Shown here: positions 37,863 to 44,293 of the stretch, one piece after another
How positions within the stretch are numbered: the stretch's first letter is position 1
Layout: each line of letters begins with the position of its first letter
From: Escherichia phage vB_EcoP-UTI89UKE2
Sequence record: MZ234049.1
Direction: 5' to 3' (one strand)
Length of the DNA stretch: 44,293 nt
The notes under the pieces: model-generated
The model's input: only the letters and a program-made list of their open reading frames with translations
Told to the model about the DNA's origin: nothing
The model's database searches: none
Made by a program: the position numbers and the translations under genes

Positions 37863-37885
37863 ATTTACTGGACACTATAGAAGAG
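37863..37885 (+). promoter_or_regulatory. phage RNAP promoter (ATTTACTGGACACTATAGAAGAG) for the tailspike module
   Basis: Exact consensus. Confidence 0.8.
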
Positions 37886-37964
37886 ATGAGATAGTGCCGT
37901 TCTTTTGAGCGGCCTATTACTAGCCAATCTTCATAGGGAGGATTGGGAAGTAATAGGAGAGTAT

Positions 37965-38300
37965 ATGGCTAAGTTAACTAAACCCAAGACAACGGGCTTA
38001 CTACATAGAGATACTGTACTAGCTAACTTATTAGATAATTTACTATCTAAAAGGCGTGTTACATTTGAAGGTGTAGCTCCAAGTGAAGATACTAAAATTG
38101 AGATAGAAGTACCTGTGACAGGAGACTTAGATTCTTCGTGGGCATCAATTGTATCATTAAGTACACCTGCACTTTGTACAGCTTGGATCACTAAACTGTC
38201 AGATACTACTTTAGAGATTCATGTATTTCATACAGCACAAGTAGAAATAGACATAGAGGTAGATGTTTACGTTCTAGGTAAGCACACTGTCAGTGCGTAA
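37965..38300 (+). CDS. hypothetical protein (111 aa) preceding the tailspike gene
   Basis: RBS GGAG then ATG at 37965. A 111-aa ORF at this position is recalled for K1E-type phages, where K1-5 carries a second tailspike instead. Confidence 0.6.
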   Translation: MAKLTKPKTTGLLHRDTVLANLLDNLLSKRRVTFEGVAPSEDTKIEIEVPVTGDLDSSWASIVSLSTPALCTAWITKLSDTTLEIHVFHTAQVEIDIEVDVYVLGKHTVSA

Positions 38301-38366
38301 GCACTGCTTTTCGCGCAACTTTTCTTAAAGGTTATCATGATGGTAGCCTTTCAGAAAGGAGGTTAC

Positions 38367-40802
38367 ATGATTCAAAGACTAGGTTCTTCATTAGTTAAAT
38401 TCAAGAGTAAAATAGCAGGTGCAATCTGGCGTAACTTGGATGACAAGCTCACCGAGGTTGTATCGCTTAAAGATTTTGGAGCCAAAGGTGATGGTAAGAC
38501 AAACGACCAAGATGCAGTAAATGCAGCGATGGCTTCAGGTAAGAGAATTGACGGTGCTGGTGCTACTTACAAAGTATCATCTTTACCTGATATGGAGCGA
38601 TTCTATAACACCCGCTTCGTATGGGAACGTTTAGCAGGTCAACCTCTTTACTATGTGAGTAAAGGTTTTATCAATGGTGAACTCTATAAAATCACGGACA
38701 ACCCTTATTACAATGCTTGGCCTCAAGACAAGGCGTTTGTATATGAGAATGTGATATATGCACCCTACATGGGTAGCGACCGTCATGGTGTTAGTCGTCT
38801 GCATGTATCATGGGTTAAGTCTGGTGACGATGGTCAAACATGGTCTACTCCAGAGTGGCTAACTGATCTGCATCCAGATTACCCTACAGTGAACTATCAT
38901 TGTATGAGTATGGGTGTATGTCGCAACCGTCTGTTTGCCATGATTGAAACACGTACTTTAGCCAAGAACGCACTAACCAATTGTGCATTGTGGGATCGCC
39001 CTATGTCTCGTAGTCTGCATCTTACTGGTGGTATCACTAAGGCTGCAAATCAGCGTTATGCAACAATCCATGTACCTGATCACGGATTATTCGTGGGCGA
39101 TTTTGTTAGCTTCTCTAATTCTGCGGTAACAGGTGTAACTGGTGATATGAAAGTTGCAACAGTTATAGATAAGGACAACTTCACGGTTCTTACAGCCAAT
39201 CAGCAGACCTCTGATTTGAACAATGCTGGAAAGAATTGGCACATGGGTACTTCCTTCCATAAGTCTCCATGGCGTAAGACAGATCTTGGCCTGATACCTC
39301 GTGTTACTGAAGTTCATAGCTTTGCTACTATTGATAACAATGGCTTTGTTATGGGTTATCACCAAGGCGACGTAGCTCCACGCGAAGTTGGTCTTTTCTA
39401 CTTCCCTGATGCTTTTAACAATCCATCTAATTATGTTCGTCGTCAGATACCATCTGAGTACGAACCGGGTGCTGCAGAGCCATGCATCAAGTACTATGAC
39501 GGTGTATTATACCTTATCACTCGTGGTACTCGTGGCGACCGACTAGGAAGCTCTTTGCATCGTAGTAGAGATATAGGTCAGACTTGGGAGTCACTGAGAT
39601 TTCCACATAATGTTCATCATACTACCTTACCTTTTGCTAAAGTAGGAGATGACCTTATTATGTTTGGTTCAGAACGTGCAGAAAATGAATGGGAAGCAGG
39701 TGCACCAGATGATCGTTACAAGGCATCTTATCCTCGTACCTTCTATGCACGATTGAATGTAAACAATTGGAATGCAGATGATATTGAATGGGTTAACATC
39801 ACAGACCAAATCTATCAAGGTGACATTGTGAACTCTAGTGTAGGTGTAGGTTCTGTTGTAGTTAAAGACAGCTACATTTACTATATCTTTGGTGGTGAAA
39901 ACCATTTCAACCCAATGACTTATGGTGACAACAAAGATAAAGACCCATTTAAAGGTAATGGACACCCTACTGATATATACTGCTATAAGATGCAGATTGC
40001 AAATGACAGTCGTGTATCTCGTAAGTTTACATATGGTGCAACTCCTGGTCAGGCTATACCTACTTTCATGGGTACTGATGGTATTCGCACTATTCCTGCT
40101 CCACTTCACTTATCAGGAGAGGTAGTTGCCGCAGATATGACTGTCGAACACCTTACCTTGAAGGCAAGTACAAGTGCTAATATTCGCTCAGAGATGCTGA
40201 TGGAGGGTGAATATGGGTTCATTGGTAAGACTATACCAACGGATAACCCAACCGCCCAACGTGTTATCATCTCTGGTGGAGAGGGTACAGCAGCAGATAC
40301 CGGTGCGCAAATTACCTTACACGGAGCAGGTTCTAGCACTTCTAGACGCGCAGTATATAATGCCAATGAGCACTTGTTCCAAAGTGGAGCTATCATGCCA
40401 TACAATGATAACGTGTATCCTGCTGGTGGCCCTCGTAATAGATTCACTACTATCCATCTTACAAGTGACCCTATTATTACGTCGGATGCCACTCATAAGT
40501 ATGGATCACAAGGTATTGATGAGAGTGTACTAAAGGCATGGGGTAAGGTTAGCTTCAAGCAGTACAAGTTGATTGGTGAGATGTCTCGTGGTGTGCACCA
40601 CACTCACTTTGGTGTATTGGCACAAGACATTGTAGCTGCTTTTGCATCCGAAGGGTTAGATGCAATCGACTTCGGCATTGTCTCCTTCGAAGAAGGTCAG
40701 TTTGGTGTTAGATATAGTGAAATCTTAATCTTGGAGGCTGCTTATACTCGCTATCGTTTAGACAAGTTAGAGGAGATGTATGCCACTAATAAAATCAGTT
40801 AA
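38367..40802 (+). CDS. tailspike endo-N-acetylneuraminidase (endosialidase) with C-terminal intramolecular chaperone domain
   Basis: 811 aa from ATG 38367 (RBS AAGGAGG). Sequence recognised from memory as K1-phage endosialidase, including the C-terminal block ending YATNKIS. Confidence 0.88.
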   Translation: MIQRLGSSLVKFKSKIAGAIWRNLDDKLTEVVSLKDFGAKGDGKTNDQDAVNAAMASGKRIDGAGATYKVSSLPDMERFYNTRFVWERLAGQPLYYVSKGFINGELYKITDNPYYNAWPQDKAFVYENVIYAPYMGSDRHGVSRLHVSWVKSGDDGQTWSTPEWLTDLHPDYPTVNYHCMSMGVCRNRLFAMIETRTLAKNALTNCALWDRPMSRSLHLTGGITKAANQRYATIHVPDHGLFVGDFVSFSNSAVTGVTGDMKVATVIDKDNFTVLTANQQTSDLNNAGKNWHMGTSFHKSPWRKTDLGLIPRVTEVHSFATIDNNGFVMGYHQGDVAPREVGLFYFPDAFNNPSNYVRRQIPSEYEPGAAEPCIKYYDGVLYLITRGTRGDRLGSSLHRSRDIGQTWESLRFPHNVHHTTLPFAKVGDDLIMFGSERAENEWEAGAPDDRYKASYPRTFYARLNVNNWNADDIEWVNITDQIYQGDIVNSSVGVGSVVVKDSYIYYIFGGENHFNPMTYGDNKDKDPFKGNGHPTDIYCYKMQIANDSRVSRKFTYGATPGQAIPTFMGTDGIRTIPAPLHLSGEVVAADMTVEHLTLKASTSANIRSEMLMEGEYGFIGKTIPTDNPTAQRVIISGGEGTAADTGAQITLHGAGSSTSRRAVYNANEHLFQSGAIMPYNDNVYPAGGPRNRFTTIHLTSDPIITSDATHKYGSQGIDESVLKAWGKVSFKQYKLIGEMSRGVHHTHFGVLAQDIVAAFASEGLDAIDFGIVSFEEGQFGVRYSEILILEAAYTRYRLDKLEEMYATNKIS

Positions 40803-40929
40803 GCAATCTGCTGTACGCCAGAACACAGAAGAACTTATTCAATCAGGACGTGACCCTAAGCAGGCATATGCCATTGCCAAGGATGTACAACGTCGTGACT
40901 TGAAGAAACCTTCTGCATCTTCTGCTTAA
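40780..40929 (+). CDS. small basic ORF (49 aa) overlapping the 3' end of the tailspike gene
   Basis: ATG at 40780 in the +1 frame after GGAG; TAA at 40927-40929. Confidence 0.25.
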   Translation: MPLIKSVKQSAVRQNTEELIQSGRDPKQAYAIAKDVQRRDLKKPSASSA

Positions 40930-40939
40930 GCAGGTTAAT

Positions 40940-41100
40940 ATCTTAGTGTACACAAGGGCAGACCTAGGTTTGCTCTTAGTGCCATCAAAGGAGGGTGTAG
41001 GTATGTTATCTTTGTTGTGTATACTCAGTGATGTCCTAGGTCGTAAGAGGTACATTCTTAGTGAAGACCAAATAAGGGACGAGAAGATACGGAGGTCGCT
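40940..41100. repeat. CTTAGT(G) repeat copies to the left of the GC-rich terminal segment
   Basis: CTTAGTG at about 40942, 40975 and 41057; the 17-mer AAGGGCAGACCTAGGTT (40954-40970) also occurs at 3854-3870. Confidence 0.5.
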
Positions 41101-41139
41101 CACAAAGTAACCAAAGTCAAAATTTTGATATAGGCGTGT

Positions 41140-41460
41140 GTGAGGTGTCTCGCCCTCGCCCTCGCCGGATTTCCCCCATATGGGGCCGCGCTGCGGTTGG
41201 CTTGGGAATTGGGCTGGGCTGGTCCGTCTTCGACGGGTGGCCTAGGGCTTGCCGAGGTCTGCTCTTAGTGGCTGCACAAGGAGAACGCCTAGGAAGCGCT
41301 AGGGCACGCCTTAGTATTGGACAAGGTGATTGCCTTAGTGCAATCGCTTAGGGCTTACACAGGGCGTTTTAGGGCCATTCCTGAGCGTTTGACAGGGTGT
41401 GAGGGCGTGGGCTATCTGTTCGTTTCGTTCACTACGCTTGCGCTCCGTTCACTCGCTCAC
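41140..41460. other. GC-rich non-coding segment, probable genome terminus / direct terminal repeat region
   Basis: No credible ORF; CGCCCT x3 and the palindrome CCCCATATGGGG (41174-41185), which resembles the CCCCCATAGGGGG element near the T7 left end; flanked by heptamer repeat arrays as the T7 terminal repeat is flanked by CCTAAAG arrays. Confidence 0.5.
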
Positions 41461-41465
41461 GTGTA

Positions 41466-41595
41466 CCTTAGGTTATTACTTGATGGATAGCTTAGGTTAA
41501 CCTTAGTGGAATGCCTTAGTTAAAGACTTAGTGCTTATCTTAGTAACAGCTTAGTAGTGTACCTTAGTTGGTCTTAGTGAATAGCCTTAGTGATT
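41466..41595. repeat. dense array of about 11 C/T-TTAG-G/T-T/G heptamer repeats at 10-13 bp spacing
   Basis: CCTTAGGTT, GCTTAGGTT, CCTTAGTGG, GCCTTAGTT, ACTTAGTGC, TCTTAGTAA, GCTTAGTAG, CCTTAGTTG, TCTTAGTGA, CCTTAGTGA, with more copies out to 41915. Confidence 0.75.
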
Positions 41596-41788
41596 GCACA
41601 TGCAAGCATGTAAGATGCCAATAGGTCGCGGTCGGTAGACCGCTAAAGAAAGAGAATAGTAATAAGATGCAGTAGGAGGAACACCAGAAACCTAGCCAAC
41701 CTAGCCTATCCTAGCTCTGTATCTATTGCTTTTCCTTAGTCTAACATGTGAGACAACCTAGATTTATCTTAGTGATGATAGCTTAGTG

Positions 41789-41817
41789 TTGACAAGGCCG
41801 TCTCAATGTAATACTAT
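41789..41817 (+). promoter_or_regulatory. candidate host sigma70 early promoter (-35 TTGACA, 17-bp spacer, -10 TACTAT)
   Basis: Hexamer match and spacing; upstream of the first early gene. Confidence 0.4.
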
Positions 41818-41884
41818 TCATCGCGTAGGCAGCACTGAGGTGCTTAGTAGCCAGCTAGTAAGGCATACGAAGAGACTAGCGCTT

Positions 41885-41915
41885 ACATTGCTCTTTAACA
41901 ATTTGCTTAGTGTAA
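41885..41915 (+). promoter_or_regulatory. early leader module 1 containing CTCTTTAACAATTTG
   Basis: First of five copies of a CTCTTTAACAAT-containing element before early genes; the same core is recalled from the T7 gene 0.3 leader (RNase III site R0.3). Confidence 0.45.
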
Positions 41916-41960
41916 CCTATGTATGCCGTGGTTAATTACTTATTGAATGAGGGATTAACT

Positions 41961-42188
41961 ATGAAAGTACAAGTAAAAGCGTACAACATGCCAGTTGATG
42001 AGATTCAGCACTTCCTCGATAAAGGTTATGACTTATGTAAGATGCGCACACCAGATAACTATGATTATTCGCCTAAGTATCTGCACTATATTGATCTTAA
42101 GATGGGTAATAAATTAGTTATAACTGGTACAGCATATAACCGCATTATCAAAACTCTTAAAGAGGGTGCTAATCATGACATTAAATAA
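41961..42188 (+). CDS. early protein (75 aa)
   Basis: RBS GAGGGA then ATG at 41961. Confidence 0.55.
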   Translation: MKVQVKAYNMPVDEIQHFLDKGYDLCKMRTPDNYDYSPKYLHYIDLKMGNKLVITGTAYNRIIKTLKEGANHDIK

Positions 42189-42354
42189 CCGTGAACTGTC
42201 CGTTCTCTTCACCCTGTTATGTTACATGATTCGTAACAACGAATTACTTACAGATGATGAGTTAGCCTTGTATCACCGCTTTCTTAACGAAGGTTGGACC
42301 GATACGGTTAATCAATACCGTAACATGATAGATGAGTTGAGGGAGGGTAAATAA
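42175..42354 (+). CDS. early protein (59 aa)
   Basis: RBS AGAGGG then ATG at 42175; overlaps the upstream gene by 14 nt. Confidence 0.5.
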   Translation: MTLNNRELSVLFTLLCYMIRNNELLTDDELALYHRFLNEGWTDTVNQYRNMIDELREGK

Positions 42355-42578
42355 TGTATCAACATGAGGTATTCTTTGAATCAGCTAGCGAAGCTATTCG
42401 CTTCCACGATGATATGCTACAAACTGGCGTAGGTGTTGATGTACATCACTTCCTACTAGATTACGACACTGAATATCACCGAGTTACCTTAGTATCTGAG
42501 TATGACAACCAAGTCATTACTGAGTATCTAGGTAGTGAAGATTATGATTACGATGAAGTAATCACGACAAATCTCTAA
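42354..42578 (+). CDS. early acidic protein (74 aa)
   Basis: TAATG overlap start; RBS GAGGGAGGG; strongly acidic C-terminal half. Confidence 0.55.
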   Translation: MYQHEVFFESASEAIRFHDDMLQTGVGVDVHHFLLDYDTEYHRVTLVSEYDNQVITEYLGSEDYDYDEVITTNL

Positions 42579-42586
42579 ATTAACTA

Positions 42587-42615
42587 TTGACAACCACGGC
42601 ATACAAGGTTACATT
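42587..42615 (+). promoter_or_regulatory. candidate sigma70 promoter (-35 TTGACA, 17-bp spacer, -10 TACATT)
   Basis: TTGACAAC start resembles the T7 A2/A3 -35 regions. Confidence 0.35.
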
Positions 42616-42644
42616 AAGCATCAAGACGGCGACGTCTTTAAACA

Positions 42645-42665
42645 TCACGCTCTTTAACAATAGAG
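42645..42665 (+). promoter_or_regulatory. early leader module 2 (CGCTCTTTAACAATAGAG)
   Basis: Repeat copy inside a roughly 280-bp non-coding stretch. Confidence 0.4.
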
Positions 42666-42802
42666 ATTAGGCCGGCAGTATCGGTGTGAGGGACAAGGAG
42701 GCTTTCCCACAATTAAACTGGTGGCAAAAGGATTGCCCAGCTTTATAGCCCAGTTATGGATAGCAATAGCGTAAGGATGGCAGCACACCCGCGAGTCTAA
42801 TC

Positions 42803-42850
42803 TCTAGCTCTTTAACAATCTGGCTAGTGCCTTGGTAGGCTAACTACTTA
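42803..42850 (+). promoter_or_regulatory. early leader module 3 (AGCTCTTTAACAATCTGG)
   Basis: About 40 nt upstream of the 70-aa gene. Confidence 0.45.
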
Positions 42851-42862
42851 CTAAGGTGAACT

Positions 42863-43075
42863 ATGAACTACTGCGACATCGCTCACGAATTACGCATGGA
42901 ACGTGAGAAACAAGAAAGGCGGATTATCAAGAAGATGGCTGTACTGCTTGCACACTATAAGGCAGACAAACAGCCAACACATGATGAGTTCGTGGACTTC
43001 TGTAACATGTATCTTAATGTGAGTAAGGCCACTGGTTACAGATGGCTTAAAGCACTGAATGATGGAGAATTGTAG
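42863..43075 (+). CDS. early protein (70 aa), possible helix-turn-helix
   Basis: RBS AAGGTG; C-terminal VSKATGYRWLKAL resembles an HTH recognition helix. Confidence 0.55.
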   Translation: MNYCDIAHELRMEREKQERRIIKKMAVLLAHYKADKQPTHDEFVDFCNMYLNVSKATGYRWLKALNDGEL

Positions 43076-43078
43076 CAA

Positions 43079-43165
43079 TAAGCCAGCTTAATAGCTGGCC
43101 TATCAAGGCACTAACCTAGCCCTTTAACAATCTGGTTTGTGTCTTGATAGGCTTACTAACAGAAA
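43079..43165 (+). promoter_or_regulatory. early leader module 4: hairpin GCCAGCTTAATAGCTGGC, then CCTATCAAGGCAC ... CCCTTTAACAATCTGG ... GTGTCTTGATAGG
   Basis: Long imperfect stem enclosing the conserved core; structure typical of RNase III processing sites. Confidence 0.5.
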
Positions 43166-43176
43166 GGTAAATTATC

Positions 43177-43344
43177 ATGGAAACTTTAATCGTTACCACT
43201 ACAATCAACGGCGTAAGTATCAGCATAACTAAGTATTCTTCCGAAGAGTATGAAGTGAATCACGGAATAGCTGCTATGGTGTATGACAACTTGGCAGATG
43301 CCGTGGAGCATTGGATACAGTCATGTAAGGCTGCAATTAAGTAG
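43177..43344 (+). CDS. early protein (55 aa)
   Basis: RBS AGAAAGG then ATG at 43177; TAG at 43342-43344. Under 60 aa, so absent from the ORF track. Confidence 0.45.
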   Translation: METLIVTTTINGVSISITKYSSEEYEVNHGIAAMVYDNLADAVEHWIQSCKAAIK

Positions 43345-43460
43345 GAAAGATAAGGCTGGCACTAGCCAGCCTATCAAGGCACAAGCCACGCTCTTTAACA
43401 ATATGGGTAGTCGCTTCTTAGTCTGGATAGGTTAAACCTAGGAGATTCTCTTGAGTCTCC
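43345..43460 (+). promoter_or_regulatory. early leader module 5: hairpin GGCTGGCACTAGCCAGCC, CGCTCTTTAACAATATGG, and hairpin GGAGATTCTCTTGAGTCTCC before ocr
   Basis: Same arrangement as module 4; a perfect TATAAT sits at 43461-43466. Confidence 0.5.
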
Positions 43461-43498
43461 TATAATGTAACCTAACTAACTAAATGAGGATTAATAAC

Positions 43499-43852
43499 AT
43501 GGCTATGTCTAATATGACTTACTCTCAGGTTTACAACACCGCTCATGCTGCATTAGTTGAACGTGTCTGGGATGATGCTATTGATTGTATCGATAACGCA
43601 CATGATGCAATCCATGAGGTGGCGGATAGTGCTGTACCAATCTATTATGCTGACATCTTCTCGGTGATGGCCAGTGAAGGAATCGACCACTTCTTCGAGG
43701 ATTCTGGCTTAATGCCAGACACTAAGGATGTGACTGTCGTACTACAAGCCCGTATTTATGAACAACTCACCATTGATTTATGGGAACGTGTTCAAGATAT
43801 GATTGATGAGTACATCGATTCCGCTGAGGATTCAGAAGAAGAGGAAGAATAA
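43499..43852 (+). CDS. ocr: Ocr-like DNA-mimic anti-restriction protein (T7 gene 0.3 homologue)
   Basis: MAMSNMTY ... [13 protein letters not shown] ... [11 protein letters not shown] ... [14 protein letters not shown] and an acidic C-terminus closely follow T7 Ocr as recalled. RBS GAGGA; the track start at 43484 is an extension. Confidence 0.85.
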   Translation: MAMSNMTYSQVYNTAHAALVERVWDDAIDCIDNAHDAIHEVADSAVPIYYADIFSVMASEGIDHFFEDSGLMPDTKDVTVVLQARIYEQLTIDLWERVQDMIDEYIDSAEDSEEEEE

Positions 43853-43854
43853 GG

Positions 43855-43968
43855 ATGGAAAAGCAATATAACTTTATCTTTTCAGACGGTGTAACCCTGA
43901 AGTGTTCCCTACGATTCGCTCAGATTCGTGAGGAAGTGCTAGGTACTACATACAAACTATTTAGCTGA
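43855..43968 (+). CDS. small early ORF (37 aa)
   Basis: ATG 3 nt after the ocr stop; TGA at 43966-43968. Confidence 0.35.
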   Translation: MEKQYNFIFSDGVTLKCSLRFAQIREEVLGTTYKLFS

Positions 43969-43983
43969 CACTATAAGAGAAGG
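43962..43983 (+). promoter_or_regulatory. degenerate phage promoter-like sequence (TAGCTGACACTATAAGAGAAGG)
   Basis: Core CACTATA retained but downstream AGAGAAG instead of GAAG; may be the weak first phage promoter. Confidence 0.3.
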
Positions 43984-44044
43984 CTTAACAAGGCGTTGCT
44001 ACGGTAGCGCCTGATTAAACTTTCACTTACTAGGAGTTGAGATT

Positions 44045-44230
44045 ATGAAAACCTTGATTGGATGCTTCTTGTTGGCTTCTCTTGCTCTGGCATTTACCGC
44101 TAAAGCTGGTTATGACGCTTATAAAGTAGAACAAGCCCAGCAAGACTGGGCCAAAAAGTTCAACTTGTGTAGCAAGAGCAACACCTACGAGTATTGCAAC
44201 AAAACACTAAGACACTTATGGAAAGAGTAA
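44045..44230 (+). CDS. small secreted protein (61 aa) with N-terminal signal peptide
   Basis: RBS AGGAG; MKTLIGCFLLASLALAFTAKA is a signal-peptide-like N-terminus with AKA cleavage motif; mature part has two Cys. Confidence 0.55.
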   Translation: MKTLIGCFLLASLALAFTAKAGYDAYKVEQAQQDWAKKFNLCSKSNTYEYCNKTLRHLWKE

Positions 44231-44264
44231 CTAGCCTATAGCCTACCTGAGTGGGCTATGTGAT

Positions 44265-44287
44265 ATTTACTTACACTATATAAGGTG
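44265..44287 (+). promoter_or_regulatory. degenerate promoter-like sequence (ATTTACTTACACTATATAAGGTG) at the window end, upstream of the ORF starting at position 1
   Basis: Partial match to the phage promoter consensus; its 3' end provides the AAGGTG RBS for the position-1 ATG if the record is circular. Confidence 0.3.
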
Positions 44288-44293
44288 ATTACT

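Noticed and set aside
37905-38300. Second tailspike (K5 lyase-like) gene upstream of the endosialidase
   Set aside because: Only a 111-aa ORF is present here; no ORF in the 600-aa range exists between the lysis genes and the endosialidase.
41140-41460. Possible tRNA or small RNA gene in the GC-rich segment
   Set aside because: No cloverleaf-compatible arrangement of stems or conserved T-loop or anticodon features could be traced by eye; the region is better explained as the genome terminal repeat.
41466-41595. CTTAGTG repeat array as a possible CRISPR array
   Set aside because: Repeat unit is only about 7 bp with 3-6 bp between copies, far too short for CRISPR repeats and spacers; the pattern matches T7-type terminal-region heptamer arrays.

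Overview
The window reads as one complete, circularly permuted genome (about 44.3 kb) of a lytic SP6-like podophage (Autographiviridae, T7 supergroup), most likely a K1E/K1-5-type coliphage of K1-capsulated E. coli. All calls rest on reading the sequence and on recalled family motifs; no database search was run. Every convincing gene is on the + strand. The record starts mid early region: the ATG at position 1 takes its Shine-Dalgarno (AAGGTG, 44282-44287) from the window end. Gene order: 307-aa protein, SP6-type single-subunit RNA polymerase, putative replication origin region, primase-helicase, DNA polymerase, small genes with two acidic-tailed SSB candidates, 5'-3' exonuclease, endonuclease VII-like resolvase, metallophosphoesterase, DUF3310-like protein, DNA ligase, GNAT acetyltransferase, portal, scaffold, major capsid, tail tube A/B, three internal virion proteins (one with a T4-lysozyme-like domain), tailspike adaptor, holin, terminases, three tandem paralogous small proteins, M15-peptidase endolysin, spanins, 111-aa ORF, endosialidase tailspike, then the genome-end region (GC-rich segment with CTTAGTG repeat arrays and host-type promoters) and the early genes including an Ocr-like DNA mimic. 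About ten phage promoters matching ATTTACTGGACACTATAGAAG(R)G are present. Features not explained by standard annotation: a conserved palindrome TGTCTCA-N4-TGAGACA at six loci; helically phased (T)AGGT arrays just downstream of three promoter regions; five copies of a CTCTTTAACAAT-containing leader module before early genes; acidic aromatic-ended C-terminal tails on several replication-region proteins; and a tandem paralog triplet of unknown function. No tRNA, CRISPR array, integrase or mobile element was found.
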